NCBI GenBank assembly: GCA_050298055.1
Contig: JBNKTL010000007.1
Location: 46,394-110,393 of the forward strand
From: Spirochaetota bacterium
GTDB taxonomy: Bacteria; Spirochaetota; UBA4802; UBA5550
Length of the DNA stretch: 64,000 nt
Reading direction: 5' to 3'
Part shown: in pieces, positions 39,424 through 50,006 of the stretch
How the letters are laid out: every line of letters starts with the position of its first letter
Position numbering within the stretch: the first letter of the stretch is position 1
The notes under the pieces: generated by a model
Told to the model about the DNA's origin: nothing
Database searches by the model: none
What the model saw: only the letters and a program-made list of their open reading frames with translations
Program-made: the position numbers and the translations under genes

Positions 39424-41667
39424 ATGAGCTTTTTTAAATTCGAAAAAAATCATATAATTGGTCTAATAATTTCCCTGATAATATTTCTTATTGTTTCTTT
39501 CTTCTATTCACAGACGACCCTTTTTGAAGGAATGGAGTGGGGATCAATAGATTTCAGGTTTTTTCTGAGAGATCCTTCGGAAAAAGCCGTAAAGCTTGAA
39601 GAAGGAGTGAAAATGGGGAGGATTAATCCCCGGGCAAATAAAGATATTGTCATACTGGGTATTGATGAAAATACAGTGAGGGATTTTTCTGATAAAGGAA
39701 TTAACTGGCCTTTCCCCTGGAACATTCATGCAAAGTTTACACGGTTTGTGGGGACAGGAAGCCCCCTTGCCATATTTTTTGATATTATGTTTCTTGACCA
39801 CAAGGAGCATGAAGAGGAACTGGCAAAGGCCATCAGTGAAGCAAAAAATGTATTTCTCGATTACCCCCTGGAGACCGAGGATGTTGACACCGATTACAAG
39901 GACCAGGCAGAGAGGATTGCCCTGATGAACAGAGTCAGATGGCGTGTGCCGTCCACGGATATCCCCGTAAAGGACATGAAGTTTGTCACGGCATCAATCT
40001 CGGAAATCAATAAAAAACACAGCCTGGGGAAAACCAGCAGCCAGTTGTCGGACCTGTCCAGAAACTTTATTTTTGAATTTGTCAACTCCTACATGCCCGA
40101 ACTTGAGTATAAGGACGTTGGCAAACTTATATCCAAGTACTTTCCGGTAAAAGCAAACAAGGATGTTGTGGATCTTCTCAGCAAGTTCATGTTCAAGCTT
40201 GCCGAAGATAAATACCTTGTCCAGGAGGCGGTCCCACCTACCCCTCTCCTCATACGATCAGCCAAGGGTATCGGTTTTGCAAACGTGTTCCCCGGCAGGG
40301 ACAAAGTAAACCGGACAATGCCCCTGGTCCTTGAGATGTTCGGCTGGTACTATCCGAATATTGACCTTACCATAGCCATGCAGTACTACGGGATAACCCA
40401 GAAGGATGTTGAGATTAAAATGGGTGAATATATCAAACTGAAAAACATTCCCCGTGAAAAGATGATAAAACCTAATGATAAAAGAGAGATCATCATACCC
40501 ATTGATAATTACGGTTTCATGGATATCAACTTTATCGGGGGCTCCGGGAGTTTTCAGCACTATTCTTACAACCTCTTCTACAGAGATGGAAGCATGAAGG
40601 GCAATGAATCCCTGAAGGACAAGATCCTCCTTGTTGCCGCATACGCATCAACCGGGATAGCCACTGATGAAAAAAGGTCTCCCTACGGAGCTTCATTCGG
40701 TATTGAGCACCACGCTAATGCACTGAACACAATATTAAACCAGGACTTTCTCTATAAATTCAGCGACAAACAGAATCTCATAATCATGCTTGTCATTGCC
40801 CTTCTCCTGGGACTTCTGCTTCCGAAGGTCTCGATTATTATCATGGTAGTCTTCACCGTTCTCCTGAGTGTCGCGTATGTTATCGCGTCTTACCTGTTCT
40901 TTGACAGCAGCAGTATAATTATTGCACTGGCCTCTCCCGTTATACAAATTGGTGTTAACTTCACATTGATTACCGCTTACAGGGTCCTCACGGAACAGAA
41001 GGAGAAGAAATATATCAGGAGTACATTTTCAAAATTCGTTTCGAAATCGGTTGTAGATGAACTTCTCAAACACCCTGACAAGCTGAAACTCGGGGGAGAA
41101 AAGAAGATCCTGACGGTTCTCTTTTCCGATATCAGGGGATTTACCTCAATATCCGAAAGGCTCACACCGGAGGAACTGGTTGAACACCTCAATATCTACC
41201 TCCAGGAGATGACAGAACTGGTATTCAGGTACCAGGGGACCCTGGACAAGTATGTAGGGGACGAGATCATGGCTTTCTGGGGGGCGCCCATACCCTTCGA
41301 AGATCATGCTCTCCAGGCATGTAAAAGTGCCATCGAACAGATGAAAAAACTCCATGAGCTCAATGCCATGTGGGAGGAACAGGGAAAGCCCTCTCTGAAC
41401 ATCGGAATCGGGCTTAACACTGGACCCATGGTTGTGGGAAACATGGGTTCATCCTCACGAATGGATTATACCCTTATGGGAGACAATGTTAACCTGGGCG
41501 CCCGGCTGGAAGGTACAAACAAGGTTTACGGGACAAACATCATTATCAGTGAAAATACATATGAACATGTAAGGGACCATGTGGTTGTCAGGGAACTTGA
41601 TCTTATCCGGGTTAAGGGAAAGGAACAACCTGTTGTCATCTATGAATTAGTCGACATCAAAGAATGA
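39424..41667 (+). CDS. CHASE2-domain class III adenylate cyclase
   Basis: IVILGIDE, WPFPW, GIEHHANALNTIL, 3 TM, FSDIRGFT, DKYVGD, DYT..GDNVNLGARLE. Confidence 0.94.
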   Translation: MSFFKFEKNHIIGLIISLIIFLIVSFFYSQTTLFEGMEWGSIDFRFFLRDPSEKAVKLEEGVKMGRINPRANKDIVILGIDENTVRDFSDKGINWPFPWNIHAKFTRFVGTGSPLAIFFDIMFLDHKEHEEELAKAISEAKNVFLDYPLETEDVDTDYKDQAERIALMNRVRWRVPSTDIPVKDMKFVTASISEINKKHSLGKTSSQLSDLSRNFIFEFVNSYMPELEYKDVGKLISKYFPVKANKDVVDLLSKFMFKLAEDKYLVQEAVPPTPLLIRSAKGIGFANVFPGRDKVNRTMPLVLEMFGWYYPNIDLTIAMQYYGITQKDVEIKMGEYIKLKNIPREKMIKPNDKREIIIPIDNYGFMDINFIGGSGSFQHYSYNLFYRDGSMKGNESLKDKILLVAAYASTGIATDEKRSPYGASFGIEHHANALNTILNQDFLYKFSDKQNLIIMLVIALLLGLLLPKVSIIIMVVFTVLLSVAYVIASYLFFDSSSIIIALASPVIQIGVNFTLITAYRVLTEQKEKKYIRSTFSKFVSKSVVDELLKHPDKLKLGGEKKILTVLFSDIRGFTSISERLTPEELVEHLNIYLQEMTELVFRYQGTLDKYVGDEIMAFWGAPIPFEDHALQACKSAIEQMKKLHELNAMWEEQGKPSLNIGIGLNTGPMVVGNMGSSSRMDYTLMGDNVNLGARLEGTNKVYGTNIIISENTYEHVRDHVVVRELDLIRVKGKEQPVVIYELVDIKE

Positions 41668-43911
41668 GATTCTTTTTGTTTCCTTATCCTTTTTAATCTC
41701 TATTTCAGGATTCAGGAGAGGTCCTCTGATTTTCAAGGGGATGGCCTGCGCCTTCTTTTCACTGTCGTAAACAACGGGAAACATATTTATATGAAGCCCT
41801 TTCCGGTAATCGTAAGTCCCATAGCTTCCCAGGTTGATCTTATCACTGTTCAGTATAAAGTTGTTAATATAGAAATTCCTGCCCACCTGTCTCAATGTCA
41901 CATTGAACTGCCTGAGATCAAGGGTATTAAGCTGAAGATTAGCATACCCGTTTTTATTAAGAAAACCGCTTAATCGCTTCTGGAAACTGCTGTTTTCCAA
42001 AGAACCGGAAAAGAGAGAGAGGGTAATTGTGCCCCTTCCCTGTTCCACCAGGTGTGATATTCTGAAGGCATTGAGTTCAAATTCACATTCCAGGGAACCG
42101 GTTCCGGTTGCTCTGAAGGAACTTCCGTAATCACGGGTAAAGTCTTCTATATTCAGGTTTTTCGCATGACCCTTGATCTCAAAATAGGGATAGTCCCTGT
42201 TGAAAAACCCCTGAAAATCCAGAAAATAATCTCCGCCATAGCCGCTGAGTGTAAAATCTTTCAGAGAGATATGTCCTCTGTCCATTGCAAGTTCTCCGGA
42301 AAACCCGTCAAGACGGGCCTTTTCCCCAAAAAGCAGTTTTTCCGAATTATACCGTATACTGAAATTGTTATTTTTAATTGTATCAGCTTCAGGAGTCTGG
42401 AGAAAGTAGATCATCTCAAACCCCCTCTTGCTGTCCCTGAAGGACTCAGTATAGAGATAATCAACGGCTTTCTTTGTCCAGGAGTATAAGAGATCCGCTT
42501 CAACCTGTTTCGATTTGATATTAACTGTTGAATTTGACCTGAAAGGGTGCCATGAATCAATTTTCATATCCCCTGTAAAATTGAAATCTGAATGGAAAAT
42601 CCCGGCGGCAAAGAAAAGGCTCAAATTGTTATTTCCCACTGAGAGTTTCAGATTACAGTTGTTAATGACATTTTCAGTTTTTCCTTTTCTGAGCCATTGT
42701 GCATTAAAGTCCGAAAGCTCAGCAGCAACCGTTGCACTGATATTTTTATCGGTTTTATAATCGTAGTTGATGTCCATGGAGAAATCGAGAGTACCGTTAT
42801 AGCTGACGTTCTGTACGGGGGAGAAATAGCCGGAAATATCACTGAGATCGATCTTTACAGACTTTATGGTAATATTTAATACTTCTTCTTTTTTATTACG
42901 CTTATAAAATCCGGAAACCGGGATATTGATGTGATCATCGAATATCCTGAACTCATTAATTGAGAACATACCGTTCTCCTCTGAATAGCCCATATCGAAA
43001 GCAAAGTTAAAATTTTTATTTGACAATATGTTATGGCCGGAAGGTTCATGAGTAACAATATTCAGGCTGTTTGTTTCAATTACTCCGGTACTTATTAACT
43101 TTTTCTCCCCGGATAAAGAAAGCTTAAAGTCCATGGATATCCCGCCATTCAGGGACAATCCGACGATACTATATTCCTTGTTAAATTCATTAAGATATGA
43201 AAGATCAAAATTATCTATTTTGATTCTGTTTTCCGATATTCCGGTTTTCTTCGTGAATATGCCGTCCAGGTCAAGAAGGCCCCTCTTAATACTTGCGGTT
43301 TTATAAGGTGCTATTTCCCCTGATACACTGTAAAGCAATCTGTCTGGGGAAAAATTAAAGGCCGCATTTACGCCGCTCAGTCTGATTGTCAGTTTTTTCG
43401 ATCTGAAGACTTCCCGGTAATCGACTCTGCTGTTCTGGAACTCAATTTTCAGTTTTTTTAAGTCACAATATTCTATCTCTTCAGGTTTTTTTTTGAAGGT
43501 AAGAATTGCGTTGATTGTATCTCTGTAGTTTTTCCCGAATTTCTTGTAAATGGTCAGTAAAGAATCTTTGAATATTATCTCCTTTATTAAAAGCCTGCCG
43601 TTTATCAGGCTTCCTAAATCAGGAACAAAAATCATCCTGCTGCATTTTACGAGACTGATATTGTCATTAAAATCACTGGATATGGAAAGATCAAAGTTGC
43701 TGATAACGATGTTGCCTTTATAGTCCAGGTATATGTTTTCAATCTTTACTGCTTTATCCAGGTTATTTTTACAGAAGAGCGTTATTTTGGTTTTTAAGTC
43801 CAGTTCTTCCAGCCGGTTCGAAATATATAACCTGAAAATAAATCCGGAAACAAGGAGAAGTACGACAATCCCGGATATAAGAAAAAAAAGCGATTTTTTT
43901 TTGAAATTCAT
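41647..43911 (-). CDS. AsmA-like membrane-anchored beta-strand protein
   Basis: N-terminal TM, beta-rich body, C-terminal PLKIRGPLLNP; 21-bp convergent overlap with the cyclase gene. Confidence 0.7.
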   Translation of the reverse strand: MNFKKKSLFFLISGIVVLLLVSGFIFRLYISNRLEELDLKTKITLFCKNNLDKAVKIENIYLDYKGNIVISNFDLSISSDFNDNISLVKCSRMIFVPDLGSLINGRLLIKEIIFKDSLLTIYKKFGKNYRDTINAILTFKKKPEEIEYCDLKKLKIEFQNSRVDYREVFRSKKLTIRLSGVNAAFNFSPDRLLYSVSGEIAPYKTASIKRGLLDLDGIFTKKTGISENRIKIDNFDLSYLNEFNKEYSIVGLSLNGGISMDFKLSLSGEKKLISTGVIETNSLNIVTHEPSGHNILSNKNFNFAFDMGYSEENGMFSINEFRIFDDHINIPVSGFYKRNKKEEVLNITIKSVKIDLSDISGYFSPVQNVSYNGTLDFSMDINYDYKTDKNISATVAAELSDFNAQWLRKGKTENVINNCNLKLSVGNNNLSLFFAAGIFHSDFNFTGDMKIDSWHPFRSNSTVNIKSKQVEADLLYSWTKKAVDYLYTESFRDSKRGFEMIYFLQTPEADTIKNNNFSIRYNSEKLLFGEKARLDGFSGELAMDRGHISLKDFTLSGYGGDYFLDFQGFFNRDYPYFEIKGHAKNLNIEDFTRDYGSSFRATGTGSLECEFELNAFRISHLVEQGRGTITLSLFSGSLENSSFQKRLSGFLNKNGYANLQLNTLDLRQFNVTLRQVGRNFYINNFILNSDKINLGSYGTYDYRKGLHINMFPVVYDSEKKAQAIPLKIRGPLLNPEIEIKKDKETKRISFFDVD

Positions 43912-43980
43912 TATATTTTTTGTTTACTGCAAAGGTATCTTCATTTAGATTGATATGAGAAACTGATTCAGAAAAATTTA

Positions 43981-44116
43981 TAATAACTTAGTTATAGGAA
44001 TAAAATGTCATATTTACAATAAATGTCAACAATATGTCCCCGCCGCCAAAGGCGGCGGGGACATATCAGTTATGTTTTTTGTTAAATATTTTTTTTTATA
44101 CATAACAGAGTAGTCA
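43981..44116 (+). repeat. Palindromic MITE/REP-like element, copy B
   Basis: Core ATATGTCCCCGCCGCC-AAA-GGCGGCGGGGACATAT (44032-44066); ends ACTTAGTTAT / ATAACAGAGT. Confidence 0.85.
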
Positions 44117-44357
44117 CGAAAAATTTATCAAAACATCAACAAATAATTGAAATACAATAGAAATATCGGATAAATTTCGAGTCAAGCATATAAAGAAATT
44201 ACAAGGGATCCTTTACGAATTATTTTTTGATATTCTTTTTGGGGTACTGAGCAAGTAGGAAATTTAATTTTTAGAGGAACAGACAATTTTAATATTCCGG
44301 TTTAGTTTTTTTGCCATTGCGGTTATGAAAAAATATCAAGTGTGAGATTTACCCCGT

Positions 44358-44684
44358 ATGAATGAATTACAATATGTGAGAAAACTTCTTGAGCTGTCAA
44401 AAAATTATGAAATTGAAAAAAGCGGTTATGTTAACCTTAAAAAAACACACACTCCTTTCGAGGGGACACCCAAAAAGCATCCCAGTGATGACAATATTTT
44501 GATTTTACTTACATCCCCATTCACAGACAACAAGAAGTTCTATGAATTCCCTATTAATTCAATAGGCAGTATCGAGGACATGGGGACAGTAACTTCCGAA
44601 ACAGGTGAAACTGCCTATAAGATAAAAGTCTGGATAAAGAAAGGGATGCCAGGTCTTCTCGCCGAACCGTTCATTGTAGAATAG
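44358..44684 (+). CDS. Hypothetical protein
   Basis: 108-aa ORF (PFEGTPKKHP..FYEF..VWIKKG..EPFIV), 7 bp upstream of the DedA gene. Confidence 0.75.
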   Translation: MNELQYVRKLLELSKNYEIEKSGYVNLKKTHTPFEGTPKKHPSDDNILILLTSPFTDNKKFYEFPINSIGSIEDMGTVTSETGETAYKIKVWIKKGMPGLLAEPFIVE

Positions 44685-44691
44685 AAACCAT

Positions 44692-45306
44692 ATGAACACT
44701 ATTACAGAAATCCTCTTTGCAATGGCGCCCAATGTCCATTTTATCTCATTTGGCCTTCTTATACTTGCCGGTTTTAACATGCCCGTTTCTGAAGACCTTG
44801 TTTTTATTGTATCAGCGTCAATTGCCGCCACAATCGTTCCGGAAAACACTGTTTATATCTTTATTGGATGCTTCCTGGGAGCATATTTCAGTGACATTAT
44901 TGCCTATACTCTTGGCAGAACTCTTGGAAGAAGATTGCTGAAAATATCATTCTTCCAGAAATTTTTTCCTGAAGAAAAAATTGAGAAGATAGAAAAGTAT
45001 TTTTTAAAATATGGTGGTAATACACTTTTTTTTGGAAGGTTTGTACCTTTCGGGATGAGAAATATCCTGTTTGCAACTTCAGGAATCGTGAAAATGAAGA
45101 TTCAGAAGTTTCTTATAGTTGACCTCCTTGCACTGAGCATAACATCAACAATATTGTTCTACCTGGGTTACAGTCTCGGCCGGAACTATCAGGTAATTTT
45201 CCCCTACCTTAACAGGTATAAGTTTCTTATACTTGCCCTGTTATTAGCAGTTATTATCTTTTTTGTCTTTAAAAACAGGATAAAGGAAAAAGAAATCGCC
45301 AAATAG
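44692..45306 (+). CDS. DedA family membrane protein
   Basis: MPVSED, GAYFSD..Y.LGR, KYG..FFGRFVP.G.R. Confidence 0.9.
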   Translation: MNTITEILFAMAPNVHFISFGLLILAGFNMPVSEDLVFIVSASIAATIVPENTVYIFIGCFLGAYFSDIIAYTLGRTLGRRLLKISFFQKFFPEEKIEKIEKYFLKYGGNTLFFGRFVPFGMRNILFATSGIVKMKIQKFLIVDLLALSITSTILFYLGYSLGRNYQVIFPYLNRYKFLILALLLAVIIFFVFKNRIKEKEIAK

Positions 45307-45393
45307 TGTATTCCTCTCGTAAACTCAAAGTTGTCAAATTTCTCTACAATTTATTACTTGACTGGATAAAAACAGGAAATAATAAATATAACA

Positions 45394-45530
45394 TAACTAC
45401 TCAGCTATGAATATTAACAGATATACTCATGGGAAAGAGATAACTGTTCTGTTTCCAACGACGAATGCAGCAGGGACATATTATTGATATTCATTTTATT
45501 GGAAATTTATAATAATACAGACAGTTGCTA
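45394..45530 (-). repeat. Palindromic MITE/REP-like element, degenerate inverted copy D
   Basis: TAACTACTCAGCTATG is the exact reverse complement of the copy A end; reverse-strand core AATATGTCCCTGCTGCATTCGTCGTTGGAAACAGAACAGTTA. Confidence 0.7.
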
Positions 45531-45635
45531 TAAAATATATTTTTATTTAAATAGATGTAACTTACAATTTGTAAATTTTTCAAACAGGGTTATTAACAGT
45601 TTAATTCTTTTGCATCGGGGGAGTAACTTATATAC

Positions 45636-46478
45636 ATGCAGAACATCAAATATCATCTGATCAACATACTCTCTGTTGTTCTCTTTTCATATATGTGTGC
45701 TTCCACTATAAATGAAATAATTAAATTTTCCATTGCCCCCGTACCCGGGAACAAGAACATTAAAACCAGCAGGGCTATTGAAAAGAAAATGAAAAAGCGG
45801 TTTGAGCAGTATAATGCAATTCTCGAATCAGGTTTTTTCAAACTTGCCGATCCCGCAAGTGTTGCAGACACAGGTATCCGGGAGACCGAGGTCAGTTCCC
45901 TGGATTCACTGGAGTTAATGGGAACTATTACCGGACCGAGGAGCATCGCACGGGCCATGATCAAAAAAAAGGGGGAAAAGAACCCGGAGATATTTAAGCT
46001 CTATACTGATGTTTACGGATATAAACTTGTTTCCATCAGGAATACCCGGGTGTATCTGAAGGCCGGGGAAGAGAGGGTCATGCTTGACCTCTTTTCCAAA
46101 AGGAATGAGAGTGACAAATCATCTATAAAAAACGGAAATCAGAAAGGCAAAAGGATCAAACGGAGCCTGAGCAGATCTGAAATTAAACAGAAAGTCCTTA
46201 ATAATCTTGATAATGCCATGAGGGGGCTTCTGGCAGGACCATACAGGCAGAACGGAAAAATCGTCGGTTTTCAGCTGAAAAAAGTCAAACCCTATAACAT
46301 TCTCTATAAGATGGGGGCAAGAAGCGGAGATGTTGTAAAAAGGATAAATGGCCATGCAATTGACAGCACTCAGAAACTTTATAAATTATGGGATTCATTA
46401 AAAAGTGAATCAAAAATTGTGGTTGATCTTGAAAGAAGAGGCACGTTAATGACATTTGACCTCGTCATTTCTGATTAG
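45636..46478 (+). CDS. gspC: T2SS protein C with PDZ domain
   Basis: TM, L.L.GTI.G HR domain, G.RSGDVV..ING PDZ; first gene of the cluster. Confidence 0.88.
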   Translation: MQNIKYHLINILSVVLFSYMCASTINEIIKFSIAPVPGNKNIKTSRAIEKKMKKRFEQYNAILESGFFKLADPASVADTGIRETEVSSLDSLELMGTITGPRSIARAMIKKKGEKNPEIFKLYTDVYGYKLVSIRNTRVYLKAGEERVMLDLFSKRNESDKSSIKNGNQKGKRIKRSLSRSEIKQKVLNNLDNAMRGLLAGPYRQNGKIVGFQLKKVKPYNILYKMGARSGDVVKRINGHAIDSTQKLYKLWDSLKSESKIVVDLERRGTLMTFDLVISD

Positions 46479-46502
46479 ATATTTTATTAAGGGACAATAA
46501 AA

Positions 46503-48290
46503 ATGCAAGCAAAGAGGAAAAGAATTCATCTGCTGTGGGCAATTCTATTGATTTATGCTATCATGCTTGATCCGGGGATTTTCCAAAACCCCGGGAGCGC
46601 TGCATGGGGACAGAAAAAGCCTGTAAAAAAGACCGTTAAATCAAAGAAAAAACGAATCAGGAAATTTGCCCTTAATTTCAATAATGTGGAAATACACGAA
46701 TTTATCAATATCATGTCCCAGCTCATTGGGAAGAACATAATTCTTGACGACAAGGTCAGGGGCAAGATATCAATATCATCCGCGAAGAGGGTCCCTGTCA
46801 CCCAGGCATATGAGATCATGAAATCGATCCTTGAGGTGAAGGGTCTTGCTGTTGTTGAAACTGAAAACCTTATCAAGGTAATACCGATCACTGAAGCCAT
46901 AAGAAAAAATGTTGAAATTATTATTGACGGGAAGAAGACAGAGCTGAAGCCCCGGGAGGAGAAGACTATAACATTTCTTCTCGAACTAAAAAATGCCGAT
47001 GCCGTTGAAATATCCAACACACTCAAGACCCTCAAATCAAAGTTTACAACAATTGTGGTGCATAAAACCCTTAATACAATTATTTTCAGCGGTTCCGCAA
47101 ATGAAGTGGAGGGACTGATAAGCATAACACGGGCACTGGACAAGAAGGTTGACGAAGAAGATGATGAAATTATCAGCAAGGGAAATATCCATGTGGTCCA
47201 TCTTGAAAATGCCGATTCTGATCAGCTGGCAGATGTCCTTTCACGGATACCCTTTTCGGAAACAGCTAAAATTAACACCTCTCCCATTCAGAGGAGAACA
47301 CCCACTCCCCGGAGGAAGGGGACCAGGCAGCCTGTACGACAGCCGCAGAAGAGCAAAACACAGCTTTCCATAATATCCAACAAAGAGACAAACTCCCTTA
47401 TCATCACGGCAAAACCTGAAGAGTTCAAAGAGATAAGGAGGCTGATCAAGGAGCTTGATATTGTCCGGGAACAGGTCCTCATAGAAGCACTCATCGTTGA
47501 GATCAGCGCGGATAACGGCTGGGGCTTCGGCATAGACTGGATGCTGGGGAACCAGACGGGAAACCATATCTACGGCGGTTCATCTATAATGAGTAGTTCC
47601 TTTCCCGATTATTCCGCAAGCGGCACAAGCACTGTTCTCAATAAAGACCTTGCACTTCCTCTCCGCTCGGGCTTCCAGCTCGGTTATCTCAGTGATACCT
47701 CGATCCTCGGTTTTGCCCTGCTCAACGCATCCAGCACAAAGAGCAACATTAACATTCTCTCCACACCCCAGGTCCTGACAATAGACAACCAGGAAGCGGA
47801 ACTTAACGTGGGAGAGGAAGTTCCCGTGATAACCAATACCCGGATAACCGAAAACGATACCCAGCTTTCCACCTGGGACTACAAATCAGTGGGATTGAAG
47901 CTGAAAATCACCCCTCATATTACCAAGTCGAACAGGATCACCCTTGACCTCTACCAGGAGGTGAACTCGGTACTTGGTGATATTTCAGAGACAAGCACAA
48001 AACCCCCGAAGCTGGGAAAGCGCGATATCAAGACCAAGGTAACGGTATTTGACGGGAAAACCATCGTAGTGGGAGGACTCATTCGAAATAATAAGACTGT
48101 TACAGTGACCAAGGTGCCTCTCCTGGGAGACATCCCGCTCCTGGGCTGGTTCTTTAAACATCAATCGGTCTCCTATACGAAAACAAACCTCCTTGTATTT
48201 ATCACGCCCCACATCGTCACGAAAGAGGAAAAACTTGAAAAGATCACCCGTCAAAAGAGAAGGGGACAGATGATGCTGAAGAAACAGTAG
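46503..48290 (+). CDS. gspD: T2SS secretin
   Basis: LNFNNVEI.EFI, QVLIEALIVE, DNQEA.LNVG, VPLLGDIPLLGWFF, NLLVFITP. Confidence 0.96.
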   Translation: MQAKRKRIHLLWAILLIYAIMLDPGIFQNPGSAAWGQKKPVKKTVKSKKKRIRKFALNFNNVEIHEFINIMSQLIGKNIILDDKVRGKISISSAKRVPVTQAYEIMKSILEVKGLAVVETENLIKVIPITEAIRKNVEIIIDGKKTELKPREEKTITFLLELKNADAVEISNTLKTLKSKFTTIVVHKTLNTIIFSGSANEVEGLISITRALDKKVDEEDDEIISKGNIHVVHLENADSDQLADVLSRIPFSETAKINTSPIQRRTPTPRRKGTRQPVRQPQKSKTQLSIISNKETNSLIITAKPEEFKEIRRLIKELDIVREQVLIEALIVEISADNGWGFGIDWMLGNQTGNHIYGGSSIMSSSFPDYSASGTSTVLNKDLALPLRSGFQLGYLSDTSILGFALLNASSTKSNINILSTPQVLTIDNQEAELNVGEEVPVITNTRITENDTQLSTWDYKSVGLKLKITPHITKSNRITLDLYQEVNSVLGDISETSTKPPKLGKRDIKTKVTVFDGKTIVVGGLIRNNKTVTVTKVPLLGDIPLLGWFFKHQSVSYTKTNLLVFITPHIVTKEEKLEKITRQKRRGQMMLKKQ

Positions 48291-48303
48291 AGCCGGTACT
48301 GAT

Positions 48304-50004
48304 ATGAGCAACAGAAAAGAAAAATTACTGGGGAAGATACTTGTAGAGAACAGGGTCATCACCAGCGAGGAACTGCAGGAGGCCCTTCTCCTGCAGGAGG
48401 GGAACCCGCTCAGGCTGGGGCAGATCCTCATAAAAAAGGGCCACGCCACAGAAGCGGATATTCTCACCGCCCTGGGTGAATATTACGGTATCCCTTTTCA
48501 GTCATTCCTCGATTTCGAGAGCCCGGGTGAAATCATTGCGGAGATCCCGGTAAATTTTCTCAACAAGAACATGATCGTCCCGTTTAAGAAGAAGGGAAAT
48601 ACACTCTATGTGGGGGTTGCCGATGCTCTGAATATCCAGCCCCTGGATGACCTGAAGATGCTCTTCCCTTCCTTCCACTTTGAGCCGGTCCTAACGGTGG
48701 AAAGCGAGATAATGAGAATCATCCATGACCACTACGACCTTGCCCAGAGCCAGTCTACCAACCAGGTCATTGAAGACCTTGCCGAATCGGATTTCGAGAT
48801 CCTGACCACCCAGGTGTCCGAGACACAGGACATCATGGACATGGCCAATGATGCTCCTATTATCCGGCTGGTAAACACAATCATAAAAAACGCGGTAACA
48901 GACAGGGCAAGCGACATCCACTTCGAGCCCTATGAAAAGGACATAGCCGTAAGATTCAGGATTGACGGCATCCTCTACCAGATGTTCTCCCCGCCCAAGA
49001 AGTACCAGAATGCAATCATTTCCCGGGTCAAGATCATGTCCAACCTGAACATTACCGAAAACAGGCTGCCGCAAGACGGGCGGATACAGCTTAAGATCGG
49101 GGGGAAAGATATCGACATACGGGTTTCTGTGTTTCCCACGTATTTCGGGGAGAGGATCGTGCTGAGGCTCCTCTACAAATCGGATATGAATTTTGATCTG
49201 GAGAGCATTGGTTTCAGCAGGAAGAACCTCACCCAGTTTGATGAACTGATAAAAAAAACACACGGCATAATACTTGTAACCGGTCCAACGGGAAGCGGCA
49301 AGAGCACCACCCTCTACTCGGTGCTGTCAAAGCTCAACGATCCCGATGTGAACATTCTCACTGTTGAAGATCCCATTGAATACCAGCTCAAGGGTATCGG
49401 GCAGATGCAGATCCATGAGAAAATCGGCCTGACATTTGCCGCCGGTCTCAGGTCAATACTCCGCCAGGACCCGGATATCGTTATGATCGGTGAGATACGG
49501 GACTACGAAACAGCTGAAATAGCCATACAGTCCGCCCTTACGGGCCACAGGGTGTTCTCCACCCTCCACACAAATGACGCGGCAAGCGGTTTCACACGGC
49601 TACTTGAGATGGGGATCGAGCCTTACCTCATTGCTTCATCAATAAATGCATTCCTTGCACAGAGACTCGTCAGGAAAATTTGTCCTCACTGCAAAACCGC
49701 GTATAAACCGGATAAAAAACTCCTGGCCGAGCTGAAACTCAGGCAAACACAGCTGAAAAACGGCAGGCTCTACAGGGGAAAAGGCTGCGACAAGTGCCTT
49801 AACACCGGTTACACGGGCCGTGTGGGCATTTTCGAACTTTTACCCATATCCAATGAAATACGGGAACTTGTCCTTACCCATGCTGATTCCAGCCAGATAA
49901 AGAACCAGGCAAAATCCGCGGGCATGCTGACCCTGAGAGAAGACGGGCTGAACAAGGCCATCGAGGGAACAACCACTGTAGAGGAAGTGCTGAGGGTTAG
50001 CTGA
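48304..50004 (+). CDS. gspE: T2SS assembly ATPase
   Basis: ASDIHFEP, GPTGSGKSTT, LRQDPD..IGEIRD, STLHTND, CPHC/CDKC. Confidence 0.96.
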   Translation: MSNRKEKLLGKILVENRVITSEELQEALLLQEGNPLRLGQILIKKGHATEADILTALGEYYGIPFQSFLDFESPGEIIAEIPVNFLNKNMIVPFKKKGNTLYVGVADALNIQPLDDLKMLFPSFHFEPVLTVESEIMRIIHDHYDLAQSQSTNQVIEDLAESDFEILTTQVSETQDIMDMANDAPIIRLVNTIIKNAVTDRASDIHFEPYEKDIAVRFRIDGILYQMFSPPKKYQNAIISRVKIMSNLNITENRLPQDGRIQLKIGGKDIDIRVSVFPTYFGERIVLRLLYKSDMNFDLESIGFSRKNLTQFDELIKKTHGIILVTGPTGSGKSTTLYSVLSKLNDPDVNILTVEDPIEYQLKGIGQMQIHEKIGLTFAAGLRSILRQDPDIVMIGEIRDYETAEIAIQSALTGHRVFSTLHTNDAASGFTRLLEMGIEPYLIASSINAFLAQRLVRKICPHCKTAYKPDKKLLAELKLRQTQLKNGRLYRGKGCDKCLNTGYTGRVGIFELLPISNEIRELVLTHADSSQIKNQAKSAGMLTLREDGLNKAIEGTTTVEEVLRVS

Positions 50005-50006
50005 CA